A DNA stretch of 64,000 nt from an uncultured Bacteroides sp. (GTDB taxonomy: Bacteria; Bacteroidota; Bacteroidia; Bacteroidales; GCA-2748055). The notes beneath the pieces are model-generated. The model ran no database searches. It saw nothing but the letters and a program-made list of their open reading frames with translations, and had not been told where the DNA came from. Shown piece after piece: positions 27,414 through 36,668 of this stretch; the first letter of the stretch is position 1, and the number at the start of each line of letters is the position of its first letter. The position numbers and the translations under genes were made by a program. The DNA lies in contig CAZRZY010000001.1 in NCBI GenBank assembly GCA_964604655.1, positions 80 through 64,079 of the forward strand. Direction: 5' to 3'.

Positions 27414-28919
27414 ATGAAAAATCTACGAATTCCTGTTATTCTTGCCCTCATGGTATCTACTGCCCATTTAAATGCACAATTCCAGGGCCCCGGTATCGGT
27501 TTCCTTGAAGTGCTTTCCGATATTGGCTCTCCCGGCCTGCCAGGGACTGCAGCATATGCAGAGCCCTCCCAGGAATACACGCTATCAGGCTCGGGAGAGA
27601 ATATCTGGTTTCGAACGGATCAATTTTCTTTTCTATCGAAAAGGATGAGTGGGGATTTTATCCTGCAGGGGCGGCTATCATGGATAGGTGAGGGGGAGGA
27701 TCCTCACAGGAAGGCCGGGATCATGTTCCGCAAAGGTCTCACCTCCGATGCACCCCACATCAGCTGCGTCGTACACGGAGATGGTCTTACCTCGTTGCAG
27801 TACCGCGAATCTCCGGGAGATGAAACCAGGGAGATACGGTTTCAGCTTACTGCTGCCGATGTGCTGCAGCTGGAGAAAAAAGGAGACTATTACACCATGT
27901 CGGTAGCCCGGTCAGGAGATTTGTATACTACCCGGGGAATCCAGTTGTCTCTGGGCAACGAGCTCCATGCCGGCCTGTTCATCTGTTCCCATAAAGACGG
28001 GGTAGTGGAAAAAGCCCGGTTCACCAATGTCAGGCTACTCGGAACCGCCCCGGATGACCTGGAACCCTATGCCGGATACATCGGGAGCCTCCTGGAGGTG
28101 ATGGAGGTGGAGACGGGACACCGCGTGATACTGGACGGATCGCCGGGCTCGTGGCAGGCACCCAACTGGACTCCCGACGGGAGCAAACTGATCTATAACT
28201 CGGATGGGCTTCTATACAATTACGACCTTCTCAAACGCTCCTCCGGTGTGCTCCCCACCGGTTTTGCCGACCGGAACAATAACGACCATGTGATCTCCTT
28301 CGACGGGACCCGGCTGGCCATCAGTCACCACCCGGAAGAGGATGACGGACAGTCGGTGGTCTATACCCTTCCCCTGGAGGGAGGCACCCCCGAAAGAGTC
28401 ACCCCGAACAGCCCCTCCTACCTGCATGGCTGGTCGGCCGACGACCGGTTTCTGGTCTACACCGGCAGAAGAAACGGAGTCTATAATATCTTCCGGATCC
28501 CGGTGGAGGGAGGTGAGGAGGTGCAGCTGACCGACGAAGAGTGTCTCGATGACGGTCCCGAATACAGCCCGGACGGGAACTACATCTACTTCAACTCCTG
28601 TCGCACCGGAACCATGCAGCTATGGCGGATGGATCCTGACGGAGGGAACCAGACCCAGCTTACCTTCGATGAATACCACGACTGGTTCCCCCATATTTCT
28701 CCCGACAACCGGTGGATCGTATTTATCTCCTATCCTCCCGAAGTGGCGGCCGATGCCCATCCCTTTTACAAGCGGGTTTTTCTCCGGATCATGTCGGTGG
28801 AGGAAATGAAGCCCAGAGTGATCGGATACCTTTACGGCGGACAGGGCAGCATGAACGTACCCAGCTGGTCACCCGACAGCAGAAAAATCGCCTTTGTCAG
28901 CAACGGAATTTTCCATTAA
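27414..28919 (+). CDS. Secreted protein: N-terminal lectin/jelly-roll-like domain plus TolB-type (PD40) beta-propeller
   Basis: It has the signal peptide MKNLRIPVILALMVSTAHLNA. Repeated PD40 signatures are present (WTPDGSKLIY, YSPDGNYIYFNS, ISPDNRWIVFIS, WSPDSRKIAFVS). Confidence 0.7.
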   Translation: MKNLRIPVILALMVSTAHLNAQFQGPGIGFLEVLSDIGSPGLPGTAAYAEPSQEYTLSGSGENIWFRTDQFSFLSKRMSGDFILQGRLSWIGEGEDPHRKAGIMFRKGLTSDAPHISCVVHGDGLTSLQYRESPGDETREIRFQLTAADVLQLEKKGDYYTMSVARSGDLYTTRGIQLSLGNELHAGLFICSHKDGVVEKARFTNVRLLGTAPDDLEPYAGYIGSLLEVMEVETGHRVILDGSPGSWQAPNWTPDGSKLIYNSDGLLYNYDLLKRSSGVLPTGFADRNNNDHVISFDGTRLAISHHPEEDDGQSVVYTLPLEGGTPERVTPNSPSYLHGWSADDRFLVYTGRRNGVYNIFRIPVEGGEEVQLTDEECLDDGPEYSPDGNYIYFNSCRTGTMQLWRMDPDGGNQTQLTFDEYHDWFPHISPDNRWIVFISYPPEVAADAHPFYKRVFLRIMSVEEMKPRVIGYLYGGQGSMNVPSWSPDSRKIAFVSNGIFH

Positions 28920-28934
28920 ATTTTGAAAAAACGC

Positions 28935-29615
28935 ATGTATTTCCTTCATAAACCCTGCAGTTTTTCTTCTCTAAGGGGGATCTTCCCCTCCATCATTATC
29001 ATGTCCGGCTTGCTGCTGCCCCACTCCTATTCCATGGCCCAGGAGGAAGGCTACAGGCCCGGACTTGCCTTCCGGGAGGACTGGAAGGAGATACCCGCGC
29101 ACATCCCTGTTAACCAGGAGCATATCAATAATCCGCAGCTCATACTGCAGACCTACGGACCGGGTAGGGACAGTATTAAAAAGAGTCATCACGACAATCC
29201 ACCCGATGATCCCTGGTACATCTGGTCGGGCCTTTGTGAGGGGAACTGGGCGGTTTCCCTCCGGCACCGGGAGTCGGACATCGACCTCTCCACCTATGCT
29301 AAAATACGTTGGCGCACCAAACAGGCCGGTATGCGGCGGCTCCATATCCTTTTGAAACTGTCGGATGGAACCTGGCTGGTCAGCAGGGAGAGCGACCCTT
29401 CATCGGTGGACTGGCGCATCAGGGAATTCAACCTTTCCGAAACTCAATGGTACCGGCTGGATATCCATCAGGTGATTGAAAGATCCCCCGTCCCCAATCC
29501 CGATCTGTCCAGGGTGGAGGAGATCGGTTTCACCGACCTGACCAGGGGAGGAAGCAGCCAGGCCTGTTCCAGGCTTGACTGGATCGAAGTATATGGTTAT
29601 CTTGTTGAACGGTAG
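28935..29615 (+). CDS. Hypothetical protein
   Basis: The ORF starts within ~15 nt of the propeller gene stop. The start is uncertain (TTG 28923, ATG 28935 or a later Met). I recognised no motifs. Confidence 0.4.
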   Translation: MYFLHKPCSFSSLRGIFPSIIIMSGLLLPHSYSMAQEEGYRPGLAFREDWKEIPAHIPVNQEHINNPQLILQTYGPGRDSIKKSHHDNPPDDPWYIWSGLCEGNWAVSLRHRESDIDLSTYAKIRWRTKQAGMRRLHILLKLSDGTWLVSRESDPSSVDWRIREFNLSETQWYRLDIHQVIERSPVPNPDLSRVEEIGFTDLTRGGSSQACSRLDWIEVYGYLVER

Positions 29616-29634
29616 TAATCCTGAACTGACCCAT

Positions 29635-30645
29635 ATGAAACCGATGAAAAAGAAACTGACCCGAAGAGAATTTGTACAGACCACCGGTGCCGCGGCAGCT
29701 GGTCTGGCCATCGCTCCTGCGGCCGGATGTTCAGCCAACCGCACCCCGTTCGATCCGAAGGGACTTCCCACTGTCAAACTGGGAACCACAGGAGTGGAGG
29801 TCCCGTTCATGGGCGTCGGCTGCGGAAGCAGATGGATGTCCATCGAAAACGATGATCAGGCCCTTGAGATACTGGAATATGCACTGAATAACGGTCTGTA
29901 TTACTGGGATACAGCCGCATCGTACGGCAATGACCGGATATCCAGTGAGGAGCGGATCGGAAAGATCCTGCCGGACCAAAGGGAAAAGGTCTTTCTCGTT
30001 TCCAAGACCGGAGACCGGGGAGCAGACCTGGCCAAAGAGAGCATTGAACGCAGCCTCCGGCGGCTGGGAACTGATTACATCGACCTGATGCATGTCCACT
30101 CCATCTCTTCGGTAGAGGATGCGGAGCAATTGGGAGAGAAGGGGAAAGTGCTGGAGGTCCTTCACCGGTATAAAAGCGAGGGCGTCATACGTCACATCGG
30201 TTTTACCGGGCATACTACGGCCGAAGGGATGAAACGGGCTGCTGAGCTCTATGATTTCGAAGCGATGATGATCGCGCTGAATCACCAGTCTTCCGACCGC
30301 TCGGAAAAGTTCGAAGAACTTCCTGTTCCCGTTGCCAGAAAGAAGGGGATGGGGGTTATCGCCATGAAAGTGATCAGGCCCAGGGAAACGGTGAATGGCC
30401 TTGCAGCTGCGGACCTGGTCCGTTACGCTCTGAGCCTGGAGGAATTTCACATGATCAATGTGGGGATCGACAGCCTGGAGGTTCTGAAGTCCAACCTGGA
30501 TGTCTTCAGGGACTTCAAGCCGCTGGAAGAAGAAAAAATGGAGGAGATCCGGCTTGCTCTTCAGCCCTTCTACAGGGGAAAAGGGGTTGCCTGGATGGAA
30601 CCCTCCTATGTGGATGGCTGGCAGCCACTCACCTACCGTGCATAA
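29635..30645 (+). CDS. Aldo/keto reductase with Tat signal
   Basis: The start at ATG 29635 gives MKPMKKKLTRREFVQTTGAAAAGLAIAPAAG, a twin-arginine signal. The AKR body has YWDTAASYG, SKTGDR, YIDLMHVH and GFTGH. Confidence 0.8.
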   Translation: MKPMKKKLTRREFVQTTGAAAAGLAIAPAAGCSANRTPFDPKGLPTVKLGTTGVEVPFMGVGCGSRWMSIENDDQALEILEYALNNGLYYWDTAASYGNDRISSEERIGKILPDQREKVFLVSKTGDRGADLAKESIERSLRRLGTDYIDLMHVHSISSVEDAEQLGEKGKVLEVLHRYKSEGVIRHIGFTGHTTAEGMKRAAELYDFEAMMIALNHQSSDRSEKFEELPVPVARKKGMGVIAMKVIRPRETVNGLAAADLVRYALSLEEFHMINVGIDSLEVLKSNLDVFRDFKPLEEEKMEEIRLALQPFYRGKGVAWMEPSYVDGWQPLTYRA

Positions 30646-30651
30646 CAGAAT

Positions 30652-32046
30652 CTATTCCGTTTCGGAATAGAAGCGGTTTCTGTGCTTTTCGGCTATTCCT
30701 AATAACTCATCGGCCACCTCCCGGTGTTCCTGCAGCACATTGGTGGTCTCGAACGGATCACTGACCATATCGAAGAGCGCCGTATCGATGCTTTGCATGT
30801 CGTACTTTCCTGGTAATCCGTCTTTCCCTGGGGTGCGCAACGTTCGATAGGGGTGGGGGAGGTGAAGCTTCCATTTTCCGTCACCGCTCATCACTCCCTC
30901 AAAATTACTTCCGTTGGAAAAGGCATAATAGGTGTGTGGATTAGTGGCTTCATCGTCGCCCCGTATCCAATCCCAGACATTTTTTCCGTCGATCTCGTTC
31001 CCGGGAACCTCGATCCCTGCAAGGTGACAGAGCGTCGGCAGCAGGTCCACCGATCCGAAGGTCCTCTCCGATACCGTACCGGCCTCAATATGAGGGGGGT
31101 ATCTGATAATGCATGCCGAACGCACGCCCCCGTCGAAGGAGGTCCCTTTGGCTTCCCGGTACGGAGTGATCCCGGCATGGTTCCCGTAGGATACCCAGGG
31201 TCCGTTGTCGGAGGTAAAAACCACCACCGTCCGCCGGTCCAACCCCTGATCCTTTAAGGCCTGCTGTATCTGCCCAACGCTCCAGTCGATCTCCAGCATC
31301 ACATCCCAGTAAAGTCCTTTGCCCGATTTTCCTTCGAATTCTTCCGAACAGAACAGGGGAACATGGGGCATACTGTGGGGTACATAGAGCAGGAAAGGCT
31401 TTTCGCTGTGGTCTTTGATGAATTTTACCGCCCGCTCGGTATACCATCGCGTCAGGTGGGTCTGGTCCTCCGGGGTCATCTCCCCGATGGTCACCTGCCC
31501 ATCCTCCCAGTATCGCAGGGGCCACTGGCTCCAGTACTCCGGGTTGCCGGGATGGTATTTCCACATATCGTTGGAGTACATCAGTCCGCAGGTTTCGCCA
31601 AAACCACGGTCATGGGATCTCCTGCCGGGCTGATCCCCGCAATGCCACTTCCCGAAGCAGGCGGTGGCATATCCCGCACGGGAGAAGACCTCTCCCATGG
31701 TGGCAAAAGCAGTATCCAGACCCGGAGCCTCGGGCGGATGGGCATTGAAAACCCTGGTCCTTCCCGGATAACAACCAGTTAGCAACGCTGCCCTTGAAGC
31801 GGAGCAGACAGCCTGAGGCACATAGAAATTGTGATAGGCGCACCCTTCTGCGGCAAGCCGGGTGACATGGGGGGTCTCCAGAACCTTCTCTCCGAAAGGT
31901 TCAAAATCGGCCCATCCGGAGTCATCGAGGAAAATGACGACCACGTTGGGAGGTAATTCCTCTGTTTTTGACTGGCAGGAAAAAAGAGAGATGCCGGCAA
32001 GTATGACGATAACAACAGAAATGGGATTCATGATTTTCAGTAGCAT
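30652..32046 (-). CDS. Sulfatase (formylglycine-dependent, Cys-type)
   Basis: It has a lipoprotein signal, VVVIFLDDSGWADF and the signature CSASRAALLTGCYPGR (a C-x-A-x-R variant), followed by GKWHCG. Confidence 0.85.
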   Translation of the reverse strand: MLLKIMNPISVVIVILAGISLFSCQSKTEELPPNVVVIFLDDSGWADFEPFGEKVLETPHVTRLAAEGCAYHNFYVPQAVCSASRAALLTGCYPGRTRVFNAHPPEAPGLDTAFATMGEVFSRAGYATACFGKWHCGDQPGRRSHDRGFGETCGLMYSNDMWKYHPGNPEYWSQWPLRYWEDGQVTIGEMTPEDQTHLTRWYTERAVKFIKDHSEKPFLLYVPHSMPHVPLFCSEEFEGKSGKGLYWDVMLEIDWSVGQIQQALKDQGLDRRTVVVFTSDNGPWVSYGNHAGITPYREAKGTSFDGGVRSACIIRYPPHIEAGTVSERTFGSVDLLPTLCHLAGIEVPGNEIDGKNVWDWIRGDDEATNPHTYYAFSNGSNFEGVMSGDGKWKLHLPHPYRTLRTPGKDGLPGKYDMQSIDTALFDMVSDPFETTNVLQEHREVADELLGIAEKHRNRFYSETE

Positions 32047-32115
32047 GATGTTGGTTGTTTAATGATCTGAAGATTAGTTCGGTCAAAGTTCGATTAATAC
32101 TAGTGGCAATAAAGG

Positions 32116-34935
32116 TCACCGATGACGGGTGCGAAAATCGAAGGTCAGGGAAACAGAGAGGGCTTCTCCTTCCACTCTGCGGGGCAGGTACTGGTAGGGC
32201 CGGGAAAGAGGCCCCAGATGGCGGGGCTCCTTGAACTTGGTCCCGATGGCAGGTATGCCCCGCATGAAGGAAAGATCGCCTTTTGGGTGGCTCACCGTGG
32301 TGCGTGCCGGCTGCGGAGCCTCTCCCGGCGTGAAAAGCCGCAGAAACAGGTCCCTGGTGTGGCTGTAAACAGTGAAGTCAACTCCTTCTTCCCGGTAAAA
32401 CCTGGCCCAGTAAAGCTCCGAGTAATACCCCTTGAATTCCGGATACTCATAACCGGAATGCCCGGTGATGGTCTCATTGAACGGCTTCTCCCAGACATGG
32501 AACTGCACTCCTTTCATCCGATTCTTCCAGACCCGGTAGGGTCCGTTGCCCATGTAGCTAACCGAAGTGATCCCCTCCTCCGGGTAGGTGAAGGAAGCGC
32601 CTGTGTAAGGAATCGTGCCCCCTTCCGGCTGGTAGGAGAGCTCCATATCTACCAGTCCGTTCCTGTGAATGGTCCAGGTCAGACTTCCGCTGGCGCCATA
32701 ATCGGCCACTGCCACATGTGCATCTTCCCGGGCGAAATGGCGAAAGCTTTTCAGTTCCGGATCATCCCGCCGAAAAAGAGGGCCGTTGGTCAGGGGAATC
32801 ACACTTCCGTTTGACTCCACCTTCACCAGCCGCCCATCCCTCCTGGAAATTTCCAGCACCACTCCCCCGGCTTCCAGCTCCAGGCCGGATGCATTCTCCC
32901 TGACCTTAACGGGCTGCATATTCGCTTCCATGGTTTCAGGAAACTCGCTCTCCAGTTCTTCTGTGGAAATCGATGCCGGACTTTTTACCGGCCAGCTCCA
33001 GAGGTGGATGAGCCTTCCATGGGGGTCCACCGCCTCCAGGGTGAGGACATCGGCATGCCGCCACCCTTCGGTCAGGGGTACGGCCAACTCTCCCCACTGT
33101 CCGGGAGAAAGGGGGTCGACAAGGGGGCTCCCGAAATCGAGGATCCTGGCCGATTCGATCTCATCCGGGTATCTGGAGCCTCTGTTCCCCGGTCCGGGAA
33201 GATCGAGCCAGTGGTAACGGAAGGTGCACTGATCGAGTCCGGTATAATGAAACCGGTTCTGCACCCGGAAGATACCGTTGAATTCAGGAGTGATATACCG
33301 CTCCTCCAGATGGACCGGGGACCAGATGTGGCGAATGGTATAATAACTCCCTTCCTTCTGATGGTAGGGACCCAGGATCCCGTCAGGAGCATGGTTCCCG
33401 TCTGTATCCAGTTCTCCCGTGTCGGTCCTTCGGATGGCCTCATCGGCAAAGACCCAGAGAAAGCAACCGGCCGCCAGCGGGTGTTCCCATATCCGCAGCC
33501 AGTAGTCCTCCAGCCCCGCACCGTGTCCGCCGTCATAGAGTCCGTGAATCAATTCTGTGGGAAAGAAGACTTTGCGGGGGGCAAAATGATCCATCGACAG
33601 GTGATCATAGTTCATATAGTGGGCCGTATTGGTACTGCCGTGGACCGCCCAGGGATGATTCACCTCCCGCTGCTGGATATCCATCTCCCTGAAATCGGAA
33701 TCGTAGGCGGTGTTCCATCCCCCCTCGTTTCCATTGTCCCACATCACCACCGAAGGATGGTTCACATCCCTGGCAATCATCTCCCCCAGGAGCTTCCTGC
33801 CGACCACCGAATCGTAGGGGGGACGCTGCCATCCGGCCAGTTCATCCAGCACGAACAGGCCCAGGGAATCACACACTTCCAGGAAGTGCTTGTCGGGCGG
33901 GTAGTGAGACATCCTTACCGCGTTCATGTTCATATCCTTGATCAGGTTAACCACCTGGATGCTGAACTCCCTGGAGGAAGTCCGTCCATGGTCCGGATGG
34001 AAGGAGTGGCGGTTCACTCCTTTAAACTTGATGCGCCGGCCGTTCACGTAGATTCCATCCTGGGCGCGTACCTCCACGGTACGGAACCCTGTCTTTTCCC
34101 GGTGTCGATGAAGCACTTCTCCCTTCCTGTCGAGAAGGACGAACTCTGCCTGATACAGGGCAGGAAACTCCGGGTTCCAGGGTTGAATCCCCTCGACAAC
34201 GCCCTCCAGCCTGTGCACCCTTCCATCCCCGGTCTCTGCAGTGAAGCTTGATTTCTCCTGTCCGTCCGCCTCCAGCACCTCTACCCGGAGGGAAGATCCT
34301 TTTCTCAGATTCGAAGTGTAGACATCGGCCCGAAAGCTCCCGTCGGCACGGGCATCGATGGCCACCCGCCGGATGTGCTCCTTCGGCCGGGCCACCAGGT
34401 ATACCGGCCGGAAGATCCCTCCGAAAATCCAGTAATCGGCTTTCCGCTCCGCCTGATTGACCGACATGTTACCGGAGAATTTTTTCACAAATACTTCCAG
34501 GGTATTCTCCTTTCCATAATGCAGCAGTTCCGATATCTCATAGCTGAACCGGTAAAACGCTCCCTGATGGACCTCTCCGGCCTGCCGGCCGTTCAGCACC
34601 ACCCGGCAATCAGTCATTACCCCTTCGAATACCACATCAACGGACATCCCCTCCCAATCATCCGGTACGTTGAAGAGGTGACGGTAATGGCCCTCCTCCT
34701 TCAGTCGTTCCTCAAAGGGTACATGGCCGTAGTGATACTCCCCGAATCCCTGCTGCTCCCAGCAGGAGGGAACCTGGATGGTCGTCCACTGACCGCTGTT
34801 CCTGCCTGCCGTGCAGTAGAACTCCCACGTGGCGGTCCGGTCAAAACCGGTGCCGGAAAGATAACGCACCTGACTCTCCTGGGAATGTAAAATAAACGGA
34901 CCGATTATCAGAATAAGAGAAAATAATCGTTTCAT
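32116..34935 (-). CDS. Glycoside hydrolase family 2 (beta-galactosidase/beta-glucuronidase-like)
   Basis: The start at the internal ATG gives the signal MKRLFSLILIIGPFILHS. GH2 motifs are NAVRMSHYPP and the acid/base region VVMWDNGNEGG. The sugar-binding, Ig-like and TIM domain order fits the ~940-aa length. Confidence 0.85.
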   Translation of the reverse strand: MKRLFSLILIIGPFILHSQESQVRYLSGTGFDRTATWEFYCTAGRNSGQWTTIQVPSCWEQQGFGEYHYGHVPFEERLKEEGHYRHLFNVPDDWEGMSVDVVFEGVMTDCRVVLNGRQAGEVHQGAFYRFSYEISELLHYGKENTLEVFVKKFSGNMSVNQAERKADYWIFGGIFRPVYLVARPKEHIRRVAIDARADGSFRADVYTSNLRKGSSLRVEVLEADGQEKSSFTAETGDGRVHRLEGVVEGIQPWNPEFPALYQAEFVLLDRKGEVLHRHREKTGFRTVEVRAQDGIYVNGRRIKFKGVNRHSFHPDHGRTSSREFSIQVVNLIKDMNMNAVRMSHYPPDKHFLEVCDSLGLFVLDELAGWQRPPYDSVVGRKLLGEMIARDVNHPSVVMWDNGNEGGWNTAYDSDFREMDIQQREVNHPWAVHGSTNTAHYMNYDHLSMDHFAPRKVFFPTELIHGLYDGGHGAGLEDYWLRIWEHPLAAGCFLWVFADEAIRRTDTGELDTDGNHAPDGILGPYHQKEGSYYTIRHIWSPVHLEERYITPEFNGIFRVQNRFHYTGLDQCTFRYHWLDLPGPGNRGSRYPDEIESARILDFGSPLVDPLSPGQWGELAVPLTEGWRHADVLTLEAVDPHGRLIHLWSWPVKSPASISTEELESEFPETMEANMQPVKVRENASGLELEAGGVVLEISRRDGRLVKVESNGSVIPLTNGPLFRRDDPELKSFRHFAREDAHVAVADYGASGSLTWTIHRNGLVDMELSYQPEGGTIPYTGASFTYPEEGITSVSYMGNGPYRVWKNRMKGVQFHVWEKPFNETITGHSGYEYPEFKGYYSELYWARFYREEGVDFTVYSHTRDLFLRLFTPGEAPQPARTTVSHPKGDLSFMRGIPAIGTKFKEPRHLGPLSRPYQYLPRRVEGEALSVSLTFDFRTRHR

Positions 34936-35020
34936 TGGATGTTCCATAAAATAAAATGATGAAGTAGCTTCTGGTTCCAAGATCGCAATTTTTTTTCCGG
35001 ATCCAATCATTCTTCAAGGA

Positions 35021-35230
35021 TCAAACGGTACCCTGTATTCTCACCCGGAGTGCTGCCGGCAAAGTCCTCTTACCGGGACCCTCCAGAAACTGATGCAGCG
35101 GGAACCCGTTGGCACAGTGCCGGAAGGTGATACCGCTGATACGGATATAACCCATCCCGTACTCCTCCGGCACGAAAAACTGCTCCCGGATGGCTCTTTC
35201 AAAGGATGTTTCAGAGCAAATGTAGCAGTT
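35021..35230 (-). pseudogene. Possible remnant of a right-handed beta-helix (pectate-lyase-fold) protein gene
   Basis: The minus-strand open frame has no start codon: ...FERAIREQFFVPEEYGMGYIRISGITFRHCANGFPLHQFLEGPGK...*. The I-x-G-I-T-F-R-H-x-A-N pattern resembles beta-helix repeat proteins. It lies in the GC-rich part of a ~400-bp intergenic region. Confidence 0.25.
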
Positions 35231-35343
35231 TCAGCAGCCCGTTACCATGTACCCGTGTCCCGAATCCGGGGCATAATGAGACGTATTTACACCTGCAGCA
35301 AATCAAAACCTTTTAAATTTACATCAAAATCAAATATTCGTCC

Positions 35344-36657
35344 ATGTTTCATTCCCATCGCTCTTTAATACGTTATCACACCCTGCTGCTTCTCCTGGGG
35401 ATCTCTGTTGCTTCTATGGCTCAGAACAGGCCGGAAAGAGAACAATGGCTGCAGGATAATGGATTCGGAATGTTCATCCACTGGAGTTTCGACTCGCAGC
35501 TGGGAATCGTCATCAGCCATTCGGCAGTAGGGGCCTCCGAATCATATACCGACCGGTACTTCCATCAGCTTCCAACCACTTTCAATCCCACTGCTTTCGA
35601 TCCGGACAGAATCGCCTACCTGGCAAAGATGGCGGGCATGAAATATATGGTCTTCACGGCCAAGCACCATTCGGGTTACTGCATGTGGGACACACGCACC
35701 ACCGATTTCAATATCATGGAAACATCCTATGGAAAAGATGTAGTCCGGGCATATGTGGAGGCGTGCAGAGCGCACGGACTGGCCGTGGGGCTCTATTTCT
35801 CCCCGGAGGATTTTCATTTTCTTTTCTCGGAGGACCAGGTGATCCGGCGCACCCGGATCCAGGAGATCCCGGCAGAGGTCAAAGAGCGTTATATCCGCCT
35901 TTTGAAGGAACAGTGCAGGGAGCTGCTCACCGGCTATGGACCCGTCGATATCATGTTCTTTGACGGGGGAGAGAATTTCCTGGTCGAAGATCTGAAGCCT
36001 TATTGCTGGGAGCTCCAACCCAACCTGCTGATTACCCGCGGCGAGATCGAGACCCCCGAGCAACACCTCCGGGAGCATCCTTCCGAGAGGGTCTGGGAAG
36101 CCTGTATGACCATGGGAACCCAGTGGCAGTTCAAACCCACCAACGAAAACTATAAAAGCGGAGGGGAGATCCTTAGATATCTGGTGGAGACTCGCGCCAA
36201 GGGGGGATCCCTGCTGATGAACGTCGGTCCAGACGCTTTTGGTACCCTGCCCCACGAACAGGAACGGATACTCACGGAGATTGCCGCATGGAATTTCATC
36301 AACGGAGAGTGCCTTCAGGAGGTGAGGCCCTGGAGGGTGACCAACGACGGCCCCGTCTGGTACACCTGGCATCCCGGTGAAAAGATCTTATATGCAGTTC
36401 TTTTTGGACAGGAGGAGTGGGAGAGAGGCGAACGCAGGGAGATCCTGCTCCCCTCGGTCCGTTCCACCGACCAGACCAGGATCAGCGTGCTGGGACAGTC
36501 GGGCGAGCTGGTGGAATACCAGCCGGAGGTGGCGGCAGATACACGATTTGAACAAGCCGGCCGGGGACTCAGGGTTTCCCTGGTCCGGGCGCAGCGTATG
36601 TACAACAATCACCGCTGGCCACATCCCCTGGTATTAAAACTGGAACATATAAACTAA
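35344..36657 (+). CDS. Alpha-L-fucosidase (GH29)
   Basis: It has a signal peptide. FGMFIHWSFDSQLG and KYMVFTAKHHSGYCMWDT are classic GH29 motifs. Confidence 0.85.
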   Translation: MFHSHRSLIRYHTLLLLLGISVASMAQNRPEREQWLQDNGFGMFIHWSFDSQLGIVISHSAVGASESYTDRYFHQLPTTFNPTAFDPDRIAYLAKMAGMKYMVFTAKHHSGYCMWDTRTTDFNIMETSYGKDVVRAYVEACRAHGLAVGLYFSPEDFHFLFSEDQVIRRTRIQEIPAEVKERYIRLLKEQCRELLTGYGPVDIMFFDGGENFLVEDLKPYCWELQPNLLITRGEIETPEQHLREHPSERVWEACMTMGTQWQFKPTNENYKSGGEILRYLVETRAKGGSLLMNVGPDAFGTLPHEQERILTEIAAWNFINGECLQEVRPWRVTNDGPVWYTWHPGEKILYAVLFGQEEWERGERREILLPSVRSTDQTRISVLGQSGELVEYQPEVAADTRFEQAGRGLRVSLVRAQRMYNNHRWPHPLVLKLEHIN

Positions 36658-36668
36658 ATCATATCCTT

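Noticed and set aside
27169-27508. Track ORFs of 77 and 92 aa in the 27086-27413 spacer.
   Set aside because: They have no motifs, overlap each other in different frames, and one runs into the signal peptide of the next gene.
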